Below, piece after piece: positions 1 through 39,677 of a DNA stretch of 64,000 nucleotides. Location of the stretch: NCBI RefSeq assembly GCF_031769215.1, contig NW_026782166.1, positions 186,001 through 250,000 on the forward strand, in the 5' to 3' direction. Position numbers and translations under genes: made by a program. The notes below the pieces were generated by a model. The model searched no databases, was not told where the DNA came from, and saw only the letters and a list, made by a program, of their open reading frames with translations. Position 1 is the stretch's first letter; the number at the start of each line of letters is the position of its first letter. This DNA comes from Ylistrum balloti. Taxonomy: Eukaryota.

Positions 1-413
1 TTTATATTGTACATAAAAGTTTCTCCCTCTTTCAATAAATAAATCAAAATATCCTCATTCATTGAACTGTTCAACATACAAACACATTTCATTCAGAATT
101 TCCAACACAATACTGTCGCTACAACTGAAGGATTTCATTATGCTGAACGCTTTTATATGCATTAAATATGGAATGTATCAATTTATAGTATCAGAATATG
201 CTATCAAGGACTGTCAGAAATAACATGAGTGGACAATATGTGTTTTTCTTAACCATTAAGTTTTTCCCCTCCAACATCTTAACATTGTTTTCTCACACTT
301 TGTAATAAAATCATCATTCTTTAAATATCCCACTAATATGACAACTGTATGTTGTATCTTGTAAGCTAATTAGAGATACCTTTTAAGAATTCAATCCATC
401 TACAAATCACACA

Positions 414-419
414 TTTATT
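414..419 (-). terminator. Candidate polyadenylation signal (AATAAA) of WDR19
   Basis: tttatt on the plus strand, about 150 nt downstream of the WDR19 stop codon. Confidence 0.5.
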
Positions 420-566
420 AAAATCTGTACTTATTGTACATTATTTTGTTTCTGTACACGTGGTACATTACTATTTTCCCTGTTCACATTGTATATTTTT
501 CAGTCGATCAAGGTCCACTTGTTGTCAATGGTTCACAATTTAAGCTAGGTTTTAAGTAGTCTGACA

Positions 567-27737
<27,171 letters not shown>

Positions 27738-28639
27738 TTTCAGTAGATCTTGGTCGATAAGCTCACAAAATCATCTACGGCACATCGTCTGTATGATAGT
27801 TTTCACTTAGAAACAAACAAGTTTGGAATGCGAAATATGAGAGCTCTTTGAAGGGAGGCTATCCATTGGTACCGAAAAACATAGGTTACAATCTACTAAT
27901 CATACCAGTTACTACGAAATGTAATTTCTCCCTCTTGCTCACAATGATTGCTTCAGTGTACCACACGTAAATATTGAAATTAGAAATTAGATTTCCGGTT
28001 AAAACGGACGTCATATAAGTATTTATCGCTAATTGGAATAATGGCACGATTCACGTGTACTTGATATTCTTCGTGAATTACCAGACGTATGGACATAATT
28101 TATTGAATTATATGTCTAGCGCAACTCCGTATTTAGAGTTCGATATTTTTAATCGCCTTCGATTTTCTTCAGTCGCCAAAAAACCCCTTTAATTTCACAG
28201 TTTGGCCCTAAAGGTCAATATCAATGACGGGTCATTGAAGGACGGAAAAGCTGTATGATGAATTAAGTATACTTCATTATTTTGGCCATGCTGTATCTAA
28301 ATTTAAATTTGTGTGTATTTTATACAATTTTGGAGATGGTAGGGACGGTCCCTTTTGCGGAGAACCCGAATTTTGTTGCAACCTGCATGTCATGTTTTAA
28401 TTAATTCAAATATCGTCGCACGGTTAAGAATATGCACGTTTTGACGTTCAATAAAATCATAACATTTTTTTTTAAATTATGGCGCTAGTGCACGTTCCTC
28501 CTGACCCCAAGTTTTGTCCTATTTGTCTTACAATTGTTGAATAAATAAATCAATAAATAAATCCTAAAGACAGTGGTCTGGAATTTCACCATTCAGTTTC
28601 TTATCGTTTAAAGCATTAAAGTAAAATCCAATTACTACA

Positions 28640-29551
28640 AGGCATTCTCACAACATTGGTTCCCCATACCACTACCGTACTTCTGAACAACAAAGCGCAT
28701 TCACTCCCGAGAGAATAAACAGGATTTTAATTTTATTCTCTTTTTCACCTTCTGGACTCCACAACTACCGAGACTTACTATATCATGATACAGAATTGAT
28801 TCACCTTCACCCAAGAAAACTTCAGATTGAAATGGTATTCTCACTTCTGTCCCTCTATTGGACCCCGCCCCACCCGCTTCAGGTGGCCGAGACCTACGGT
28901 TTATACAAAAAATGATTCCCTCTTCACCAAGGATGCTTCGTGCTAAATTGGGATAGGACACATGTATTCCTACAGCAGAAGGATGTTTAAGAATTTGCTC
29001 TAATTCCCCCAATGTGCATCGTTACTCCCGGCCCAGAGGTCCGAGAACTTCACGTGCGATGTGAAGGTTAATGTTATAAAACTATTTGAAATTGAACACC
29101 TTTGAATAGCTTCCCTGTAAGAGCAGGTCTTCATAGATTCGGGAGCTTGCGTCTTTTTTTTTTCATTTACATTCAGATAGGCTTCTCGTATCTAAAAATA
29201 GAACAATGTACACATGTGCGCTGAAGCTCAAAGATCGAGTGAAAATACACATGCGTGGGAGATACTAGTTAGTCACTGGTAATGCACTTGTCTGTTACAG
29301 GCTAGCTAGTGCAGTGATTGACGTTATCACGATGTGGCTATAGTTGAATTCTTGTAGACATGGAATATCACATTAATTTCATAAGTTATTAGGGAGTAGA
29401 GTAAATCAGTAACACTGGTGTTGATAACTGTCTCTTCCAGTTCCGGTTTTAGCGAGAAACGTGTTCTGTGACGTAAATATTTTTTTGGAGTTCCCCATAC
29501 ATCCCGACTACAGCCTATTGATTCCCTCGTGAGTTCTGGCACTCCCATCAT
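28640..29551 (-). pseudogene. Possible decayed protein-coding sequence of unknown family
   Basis: Co-oriented protein-like ORF fragments (74 aa at 29327-29551; 103 aa at 28701-29012 with an in-frame upstream extension interrupted by one stop: NINLHIAREVLGPLGRE*RCTLGELEQILKHP). No family recognised. Confidence 0.3.
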
Positions 29552-31569
29552 TATTGTGAGTATGATTTATCGTATATATTTGAAACACACGGTTTCAGTT
29601 CAGGTGATCATAACGTTCTTACTTGAACAGAATATCACATTTCGGTTATTGCATCACCAGGTTTAACTCGATATTCAAATGTTGTTGTTTTTTTTGTAAT
29701 TATGAACATTGACGACCTTTTGACACTACTAACAGGTTTTGGAAAATATGAACACATGTATATCGTTTTTCATTACTTCGAAAATGTTTTAATTAAGTAA
29801 TAAGCATTTCTGCTGATGTGGTATTATGGAGAAGACGTTAGAAAACCCACTTTGTTGATAACATGAAGACGTGGATTATATTTGTTTATTATATCAAGAT
29901 GAAATGAAACGCTTGACGTGTACATGTGTATTTACGTGAAAGTTTTAAGGCAAGCCAAGTAGTCATTTACATTTAGCTACAATATCGATTACCTAATCGG
30001 CTTTTCATCCAGTCAATTCGTCCACCTTATATATTTACGTGTCACAAGTGTAATATAACCTGATAGTGTTTTCATTGGCAGCGCTTGTAATCGATTGTAA
30101 TACGGACATCGTGTCATAAATTGAAAATGAATCAACAAAATGGCTGACTTTGGTTGTTTTTGGTTCTCCACGTTTTTACTTTAAAACTTGTCAAAATGTA
30201 TTTTTTGCTTTATTGTGTGTTTTTATTTCAAATGAGAATTAATCAAAACAACAAGAAAATCCGAACACACGAAAGTAATTATAATCAAAACTCAGTTTAA
30301 TCAAACTGGGGCAAACGATGAACAAAAATATTTACACGGAGATTCCTGAAAAAGCACACCACACATGTACGTGTACTATTATAGATATGAGAGAAAGGGT
30401 CAATTTAATTTATTATCAGTGCTACTTAAAAACAAATTTCTTAATGTGTTCTTGTTTTGTTTTTCTAGTTTTGGTGATGCTGGGGTTTGTATCTGGAACA
30501 TGCTACTTGATGTTTGTCTGAAGAAGTTACCTGAATTACATACAGTGGGACGAATTAAAATCAACAACACCGTGAAAGTGTAAATGTGACTCGTGGAAAG
30601 AAAATTTGCATTTAACTGGTGCCGTCGACAAATTATGTCCTATAGACCCTGGATGATGCCGTGGACACATTATGTCCTATATACCAAGATGTCGTCGTTG
30701 ACACATCTGCTATAAACCCGGTTGTTTCCGTCGACGCATTATGTCCTATAGACTCGATCATGCAGTTGACACATTATGATGTCCTATAGACCCGAATGTT
30801 ATGTCATTGAGATGGTATTCATCTGCACTTGTAAACACCACAGAAAATCTATAGGACAGTCTTAACAATTCTGAAGACGCTGATAAAAGAAGGAACTCTA
30901 CCCTGCATAAAGAGATAGGGAACACGATGAATTGACGGATGTCGAAAATTTGATGCGACAATATATCACACGGCAGATAAGAATAAGACACGACAAATGA
31001 CGACTTGAAAGAGAAAAGTATACGATGAAGGAAATCAATGCCATTTGAGAAATAGGATGGAACTTTTGTCTTGGAGTAAGTCCAAGGCACCATGCGAGTC
31101 GGAAATCATGCAAACAAAGCTGCGGGATATGAACACGAGGCCATAGAAACTAAAGTAAGTATAGCAGTAAACACTCATAGTATTTCGTGTACTCCGATGG
31201 AATTTTCATACTGTCTCAGCGTGTTGAAGGTAGTGTGATCAACCTGTCGAAATACGCCAATATTTATGAAGGAAATCTTGACATAGGGAAGTATCTCTGG
31301 TTCTAAGTTAGTTATGTTGGTATACAACCCGTCAGATCAGTTAAGCATTGCAACCCAATCATTGTGCAAATGTCAAGTAATTTGACTTGTAAAGCATACA
31401 GTTAAAGCAGTTGTTCGATACGATCAGCAGGAAGACTGCAAACTGCTCACTGGCTCTTGTATTATATGAAGATCTGAAGATTACGGATCACCTGTGTTGT
31501 AAAAGTATTAATGGGATAAATGATATCACTAACACCCCTGATTTACCAAGTAAGTACCATACCTAAAAG

Positions 31570-32775
31570 TAAAATACAGCATTACTATTGATCAGACCGA
31601 GTCAACTGTCTAATCCGAGATATAGTAAAATACAGTACAGCATTACAATTGATCAGTCCGCGTCGACTGTCTTATCCGAGATATAGTAAAATACAGTGCA
31701 GCATTACTATTGATCAGACCGAGTCGACTGTCTTATCCGAGATATAGTAAAATACAGTACAGCATTACTATTGATCAGACCGAGTCGACTGCCTTGTCCG
31801 AGATATAGTAAAATACAGTACAGCATTACTATTGATCAGACCGAGTCGACTGTCTTATCCGAGATATAGTAAAATACAGTACAGCATTACTATTGATCAG
31901 ACCGAGTCGACTGTCTAGTCCGAGATATAGTAAAATACAGTACAGCATTACTATTGATCAGACCGAGTCGACTGTCTTGTCCGAGATATACTAAAATACA
32001 GTACAGCATTACTATTGATCAGACTGAGTTGACTGTTTAGTCCGAGATATAGTAAAATACAGTACAGCATTACTATTGATCAGACCGAGTCGACTGTCTT
32101 GTCCGAGATATAGTAAAATACAGTACAGCATTACTATTGATCAGACCGAGTCGACTGTCTTGTCCGAGATATAGTAAAATACAGTACAGCATTACTATTG
32201 ATCAGACCGAGTCGACTGTCTTGTCCGAGATATAGTAAAATACAGTACAGCATTACTATTGATCAGACCGAGTCGACTGTCTTGTCCGAGATATAGTAAA
32301 ATACAGTACAGCATTACTATTGATCAGACCGAGTCGACTGTCTTGTCCGAGATATAGTAAAATACAGTACAGCATTACTATTGATCAGACCGAGTCGACT
32401 GTCTTGTCCGAGATATAGTAAAATACAGTACAGCATTACTATTGATCAGACCGAGTCGACTGTCTTGTCCGAGATATAGTAAAATACAGTACAGCATTAC
32501 TATTGATCAGACCGAGTCGACTGTCTTGTCCGAGATATAGTAAAATACAGTACAGCATTACTATTGATCAGACCGAGTCGACTGTCTTGTCCGAGATATA
32601 GTAAAATACAGTACAGCATTACTATTGATCAGACCGAGTCGACTGTCTTATCCGAGATATAGTAAAATACAGTACAGCATTACTATTGATCAGACCGAGT
32701 CGACTGTCTTATCCGAGATATACTAAAATACAGTACAGCATTACTATTGATCAGACCGAGTCGACTGTCTAATCC
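31570..32775. repeat. 61 bp minisatellite, about 19-20 copies, highly homogeneous
   Basis: Unit cagtacagcattactattgatcagaccgagtcgactgtcttgtccgagatatagtaaaata. The central copies are identical. Confidence 0.97.
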
Positions 32776-33795
32776 AAAGTGTATCATCCTTACTTAATTG
32801 TTCCTTTCACTATTTAATCTATTGGCTACTGGTATGTTGATGTTACATCTGAATTTGTGACCTAGAACAGAGCAATATTTTGTACATAATGAAAATACAT
32901 ATGTCACTCGATGTCGAAATAGAGGATAATCTTATAGAGGAAAACAGTTTAATTTTCCTGAGACCTTTCCGAAGGAAGTATTGCCAAATATCTTTCCTTA
33001 ATGTTAAGCCTCATATTATCGACTTTCAGTCATTTCGCATTGATCATGTAATGGAAATATATCCTTCTATTTATATACAATGCATTTACAATTATATGCT
33101 ACTGTTACATATTTAACAAGTTTTTCTTTCATCAAAACGTTCAGAGTAAATTATGATTAAAAGATACACATACTGATATTTTAAAAATGGGCTTGATAGG
33201 ACTTCGTCTCAAAATTTTGTTCTCTTTTGTCATAAATCGTTTAATGGTATTCACATAATTCATAGGCCTTGCGTGTCCTGTTAACTCTAATTTTTTGTTA
33301 TGCTCTAATCTAACTGATAATGAGATTATCTGGTTATTAATCACAACAACTCATTGAACACAACACTGATCAATGAACTGGCTTCGTTCCAAATATGCCC
33401 ATGTTCGAATGTTTGCCAAATTAGATAAATAATGTAATAGTTGTCACTGTACCAAATGATATTTTCTTACATAACAATATAACGACAACAAAATCAGTAA
33501 GTATGACTGATATTGTTACTGATTATCAAAGGCAACATACTGTAAAAATAGGAACAATAGTACGACAGTAATCTCGTTTTGGCAGTAAAATGATAAAGGC
33601 TTTATGTTCAAAAAGACGATTATTATGAAGATTGTTGTGACCGTAGGAATCTTGTTAATACAAAGGAGAAAGGTCCGAACTAAAAAATTATTAGCTGCTG
33701 ACATGGTTAGCTAGTCCGCTAGCAAACGCAATTAGAGAAACAGTTATTCCATTTCTTTAAAAGTACTTAAGATGAATTTTTTTCTCAATTTAGGT

Positions 33796-35040
33796 ATGAA
33801 TGATATCGAGCGGCGTATCCTTAGGAAACACCATACCGACTTGCTCAAAACATTGGATACAACGTTTATGATCCCTTTCCTGTTTGAAAGAGAAATAGTA
33901 TTCGAGGAAAATTATCTTGATGATATACCATGCCGACCAGAACGCGTCAAGAAACTGCTATTATTTTTGAAGGACAATTGTTCTTTTGAATTATTTGTTG
34001 AATGTCTTAGGCACGATGACAGCTACCCATTTTTAGCTGATGACTTGGAAAAGGAGCTTTCACAAGCGGACAAGCTAAACGATGGTATTCAGCAACAAAG
34101 AAAGATAGACCTTTTTACGGAGCGAAGGAAACAGGTTGGAGAATTTCGGCATAAAATGAAACGATGTTCGCACGAAAAGGATTTTGCAACATTCCAGAAA
34201 CACTACGAAAAGGCCATTAATGACTGGAATCATATAAATCGCAACAGGACGAGATACAATGACCAGCAACGACAACGAGCAGCCGACTTTTGTCACGCCG
34301 CTTATGATGCGGAAATTGAACGGCGGCGAGTATTTTATGAAAAAATAAATTTAGAAGGCGACATACTGGACAAGGTACAACTGATGTCAGCTCACACATC
34401 TTGTCCCACAGCGCCTGATGTACTATATTTAGCGCGGTACTCCTCCGCTCTAGTGATGGCAGGGGGAACGTTAGAAGACGGTCTTACTTATATAGAGGAC
34501 GCTGAACACAAGATGGAACTCCTTCCGGCATGTAGAGAGACAGGACTTGTGCTTTACATCAAGTTTAATTTTTTATTGCTGAGACATGAACGCGACAGAA
34601 CGAGCATTGACAAAAACGAACTGTCGAAACTGGGAAACAGTGTTATCACACATTTCAGCACAGAATCAGACACCGTCAGTAATGACTTTAAGAGGATATT
34701 TCTGCTGAAGAAGGCACATATGTGGCTTGATATGGGTGTGTTTCTTAATGTTATCGGCGAAGGCCAGGTCACAGAATCCGACATACAAGAGACGGAAAAA
34801 CTATTAAAAGAGATATACCGCCCCTTTTTGTGGGAAAGGATGGAACTTCGGGCTAAGATGGTGTATTACGCCGTTAGGTCTCGGTTAGAATATGTGAAAG
34901 ACAACACAAATTACAGTGAAGCCATCAAACTCGCCATCAAAGCTTTACGGTATGCCAAAGAAGGAGGATTTCCAAAGGAGCAAAAAGCTATAGAATACAA
35001 CTCAGATTTGTTGCGTAAACATCATAGCAGTACTGCTTAG
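33796..35040 (+). CDS. CARD/death-fold protein with C-terminal alpha-helical (TPR-like) solenoid, 414 aa, single coding exon
   Basis: Uninterrupted ORF. ATG at 33796 lies 2 nt after a splice acceptor (ttttctcaatttag|). N-terminal about 90 aa (RRILRKHHTDLLKTLDTTFMIPFLFERE...RPERVKKLLLFLKD...FELFVECLRHDDSYPFLADDL) fit the CARD pattern. The remainder has amphipathic helical repeats (e.g. YSEAIKLAIKALRYAKEGGFPKE). Confidence 0.8.
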   Translation: MNDIERRILRKHHTDLLKTLDTTFMIPFLFEREIVFEENYLDDIPCRPERVKKLLLFLKDNCSFELFVECLRHDDSYPFLADDLEKELSQADKLNDGIQQQRKIDLFTERRKQVGEFRHKMKRCSHEKDFATFQKHYEKAINDWNHINRNRTRYNDQQRQRAADFCHAAYDAEIERRRVFYEKINLEGDILDKVQLMSAHTSCPTAPDVLYLARYSSALVMAGGTLEDGLTYIEDAEHKMELLPACRETGLVLYIKFNFLLLRHERDRTSIDKNELSKLGNSVITHFSTESDTVSNDFKRIFLLKKAHMWLDMGVFLNVIGEGQVTESDIQETEKLLKEIYRPFLWERMELRAKMVYYAVRSRLEYVKDNTNYSEAIKLAIKALRYAKEGGFPKEQKAIEYNSDLLRKHHSSTA

Positions 35041-36837
35041 GTACACAGGAATGATTGGAGATAATTCCTCATTTAATATGATCAGTTATCTTTGTATTCT
35101 TGTCTAATGCTCAAAAATGAACATTTATCAATCACTATTTATGCATTTATTTGTGTTTGACTATAGAATCATACAAGCACGTCCCAGGCATTACAACAGG
35201 TTTCGGCCAGTTTCCGGAATACAGGTTAATGGCCTTTTTCCTTAGCCAGATTCCCAGGACATTTTGGATCAGAAAACTCATATCTGACCTTACGCGGTGT
35301 GTTAGAGGATGCAACAAAGTAATACTGACCTAAGTTCCTGTGCCTCATCAAAGGGTGAGCACCATGAACGTAGAACAAGAGATAATTGTACGCCGAGACC
35401 AGACTCGTCGTGGCACGACTTACCCGGCGACCAAACCCTGTAGGAGGACACTTTATGATCATTTGAGGGAAGGTTTCATGGCTGTCCTAATATGATCACC
35501 TTTTGTCCGGCTAGAGGGTATAGGGTATGACTGACATCAGCAAGACTTAACTATTTGTCTAGGCACTTATTGTAGGCATAATTAGATTCCATGTACAATA
35601 CTGTGTGCAGTTTATATTTACATTACACGTACAATGCAATCCGTGTTATGTATGACATGTTAAGAACAACAATAGTAACTCCGGAGACCATTAAGACCAT
35701 TAGTCCTCTTTTTACTTTAAGAAATCTTTTCATAAGAGAATACAGCCAAATCAGATAATGGAATTAAATGGCCACAACCTCATTTATGTCAAATTTTACG
35801 ACCTTAGAACATCATGGGCAGTCAAACAAAATTGTCCCTTTAGCAATTTTGGCCAAACATTAGTACAAGTATCATTATCACATGTACACGCAAAAACAAG
35901 GTCCTTGTTGAATATCTACTCGAAGGTACCGGACCACAGAATTTGTATGTATTTATGCTATCTCTTATGGCCAGACAGTACATAACATATCCAACCATGA
36001 CAACCATAATCATCAATCCTACTACTAACTCAAAGGGATCCACTTGACAACTTATATTAAGGATTCGGTTACTATAGATAAAATAATATAGATTTCCTGC
36101 CACAAACACATAGTGACACCTACATGGTGAGTTCTGAAGTGCGTGACATTCATTCAATCTTTCTATCAAGTTAGAGATTGTTAATTCTTACCATTAGCAA
36201 TATTTATAGTTATATTTGACGTGAAAACTTCCAGCAGAATCTACTTATTCAAAACTGACATCCTATGACTATGTACACTATTGTTTTAACAGATTTTTGA
36301 GGAAATACTGACCTGTCGAACCCCAACAAAATTCACTAAAATTGAAATTGTAATCTTTTGGCTTCTAAATGACACCTTTACCGGTTCTCCATTTTCCTGG
36401 AATTTTCACCAAATGTTCTTGAGATAAAGGGCCAAATAGTATATAAAAAATTTTGGTGCACTTAAACTGGAAGTACATGCTTTCAGTTCAATTGCTAATA
36501 TACGCTATGATTTTACTACTTTTTTTCCAGATGAAAAACTGAACATTGTTACACTCTATGGTTACGACACTTAATGTGTCGTAGCATTGGCTCAATGGAC
36601 CTTTTGAACTTTTTAATCTTATTTCATAGGTAGTCACTCAATGTGCTACAAATACCACTCACTTTTAGTAAATTTAGTGCGTGGGCAAACTTTCATTGTT
36701 CCTGAAAAATCCAAAGTTTGTTGTGTGTGTTATTCTGCAAAATGTTGCATAGTGGGAGTTACCTCCCTTGAATTGTTTTTTGGCGAGAAGATCGATACAC
36801 AAAGAGTAGAACAAAGAGTCTTTGTGATAATTTATTT

Positions 36838-37160
36838 GTTTTTCCTCATTTATGTATGAATGACAACGAACGCTGTATTCTTAGAGAACACCATAACATG
36901 TTATTTGAAGGCGCTGAATACAAAGTATTTAACTGCATTCTTCTATGAATGATATACCATGTTGACCACAAGTCAATAAACTGCTGTTATTTCTTATGGA
37001 TAAATGTTCTTTTGAATTGTTTATTGAATGTCTTTGACAGGATGACAGCTACCCGTTTTTTGCTTCTTGGAAAAGGAGATTTCACAAGCGGACAAGCAAA
37101 ACAATATTATTCACTAACAAAGTAAGGTAGATCTTTTCACGGACCGGTGGACAGATGTTG
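36838..37160 (+). pseudogene. Decayed tandem copy of the 5' part of the CARD gene
   Basis: Nucleotide similarity to 33778-34140, e.g. tgttcttttgaattgtttattgaatgtct and ttggaaaaggagatttcacaagcggacaagc. Translates MNDNERCILREHH vs MNDIERRILRKHH, then frameshifts and stops. Acceptor tttag|gtatg is mutated to tttatgtatg. Confidence 0.85.
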
Positions 37161-38106
37161 GCGCTTTTGACTCAAAGAGGTCAGAAATTAACATGGTAGT
37201 TGTCATCGATGAAGACTTTTCCGAAACTTTGCTGGTCTCTCTTTTCCAAGTCATGTTTTGCTAAAGAGTCAGCTGTTTTGAGTTTGAATAGCGATTAAGA
37301 TGTTTTATCGCGTCGTTGGTACTTCACAAAGGGTTCTAAAAGTCTATCATAATTGATAATTTGTTGTTTTGTACCTGGCGTGAAGTCAATGAGTGTTTCT
37401 TTATTACACTGTCAATAAAGATAAAATCCTTGCAAGTGTTATGTGATTCAACCACTATACTTAACGATCGTTTTTACGTTGTTAATTGTACGCTAAATAT
37501 AAACCTGATAAAAATAAAATGTATACTAGATCTTTAACCACAATATTCTAGTCTTTCTATAGACACGTGATTTATGCAACAAACATGAACAAAAACTAGA
37601 AAAGATAATCCTGATAGCATCTGACACTGTTTTATTGGTCGTATATTGATGGTGACATGGGAAATAACAATAACATGTATCACAATTTCTGAAACAATGT
37701 GTATTTATCACTTTGGATACTTTTGATATCACATGATTGATACAAATGTTGACATAGAGTCGTGTATATCACAAACATCATAATTATCACTAACGCGTGG
37801 GTGTTTTAGATATACCGAAGAAGACTGGTTAGTAGCACTAATGTTACACGTGATCAGATTTTATCTATAGATATTTCTATAGTCACTTCACAACCTGATG
37901 AGACCTCCTAGGATGAAATCATGCGTTTGATGAAACTGGTCTATTTCAGTCAACTAAACAAGTTCTGGACAGATGCTTGATGGTCACGCCCTTTAAACTA
38001 AATGCTTTACTGAGGATGAGATCCGTCCATCACTTCACGGTTTTCTTGGATTTTTTTTTCGTCTTATAAGACATATTATCCATTGAGATGAAGCACATGT
38101 CCAAAA

Positions 38107-39677
38107 TCAGGTGACGTCGACCCCGGGGGTACCGTGTCCGAGGACGTATGCGTTGGTATCGGGTCCGTGGTTGTCCAGTCTTGCTGGACAAACGGACACA
38201 TGTGACGTCCAGCGATAGAAGAGCTGACTTTGTTCCTCCCTTAGACATCGAAGTTCCTCCCGTAGCTTTGTGTTCGCTGTTTCAAGTTTCTGTATCCGCT
38301 AAAAATATGTTAATTTTAAAGGTATGATTAATTTTGTTCACACAGTGATATCTTATGAATATTGCCACATTTCTTACCAAGAAATAACAGATTGTCTAAG
38401 TTTTACTAGGAACACAATCAGACTAATTGGACTCAATCGTGGTTCATCTACCTGATGGTTGATATGACAAGTGTTAAAAAATATTTCTTTACTTCCATCG
38501 ATACAAGAGTAATTCAGTAAATTGACGATTTGGTCAATTAAAAGACTTGAAAATCAAATTCACAAACACCCATGAAAGTATACTCTCCGGATTAAATTGA
38601 AAAAAGGAAGAATATTAGGAAAGAGATAAAAGTATGAATATCAAAGGTTTAGTCGACTCTTACGATCATGCCATGGGGACAGCAGGTACAATTCTTACCC
38701 CCTATCTGCAGAGCAGACCCCCACCAAAGTACGTCATAGCATAGCGATATGAAACTTTAGTGCTGAATTCAAATTAATGAAATGTCTATAGTTAATTTGT
38801 TTGTAACTAACTGTTATAAGTTCGGTATAGTTGACGGCTGTATACTATAAAATGTAATTTAAATAACACTTTCATTTGGTAAGTATCTGATTTATTTGAT
38901 ACTGAACCAGAAGTTACTTACTTTAATATGTACCTCTGACTCGTTCTTCTGCTTTCGTCGGAATTTCTGGGCTGCGAGTCGATTTTGTTCTCTTCTCCTC
39001 TCCACCCTTATCACTTCATCGGGCGTCAACTGTCGTAGAAAATAATTAATATGAGTCACAATTTGGGTCTATGTTCAGGTATGACAAACCAGGTTTTATC
39101 ATCGTTATTTTAGGGTGACACGGTTTTCAGAATTACGTCTTAAGTCTAGTTTTCTGCTTGAGAAAAGTTTTAGAATGTTCACAAACATTTCAATAAGTAC
39201 TGAGGAAAAGGGAAAAACAACTTGCATTCATTTAAATAGATTTCCCTGCAATAATAATTATGTTTTCTATCTTAATGTCGAAGATTACTTTTTAAACAAA
39301 ACTTATATGTGAAATTTCAACAGTAGGAACTGAAAAGGATTGAATAACTTGACTTTTTATGTAATACAGCTGGCGAAATAAATGATATTCCTAATAAATT
39401 GTCAAGTTAACAGTGATTATATCATACCTACCTTATATGTCTGAGGCTGCCTAAAGCCGACTCGAAGTTCCTTTTTGCCTGCCGATACACGTCTAGATTG
39501 TATAGTATATTTGAGTTCCTCCTTTATCAGTGGAGTTAAGTCCCCCGTCTCCAGGGCCAAAAGCGTGGCAGCCACCAGGGTTTTATCTTCCTGCACGTGG
39601 GGAGGAGGCAGGCTGGGAGTGGTAGAAGATGAAGGAAGGGTACTTGTTTTCGGGGAACACATGTCTCTCTGGAGCAT
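38107..39677 (-). CDS. ATF3: ATF3/JDP2-like bZIP transcription factor (Fos/ATF3 family), 3 exons, 181 aa
   Basis: join complement(39432..39677, 38922..39029, 38107..38298), all phase 0 with GT-AG. LTPLIKEELKYTIQSR resembles ATF3 LTPFVKEELRFAIQNK. Basic region ERRREQNRLAAQKFRRKQK. Zipper IQKLETANTKLREELRCLREEQSQLFYRWTSHVSVC ends in the family H..C motif. Confidence 0.85.

Noticed and set aside
27895-27925. RFX X-box upstream of ciliary gene WDR19
   Set aside because: Only a half-site (AGTAAC on the minus strand) matches; the other half deviates from consensus.
31570-32775. CRISPR-like regular array with a palindromic core
   Set aside because: Units are contiguous with no unique spacers, there are no cas genes, and the context is eukaryotic.
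37893-37930. ctgatgagacctcctaggatgaaatc as a third hammerhead
   Set aside because: Stem II has a mismatch and no valid stem III/NUH or stem I can be formed; too degenerate to call.
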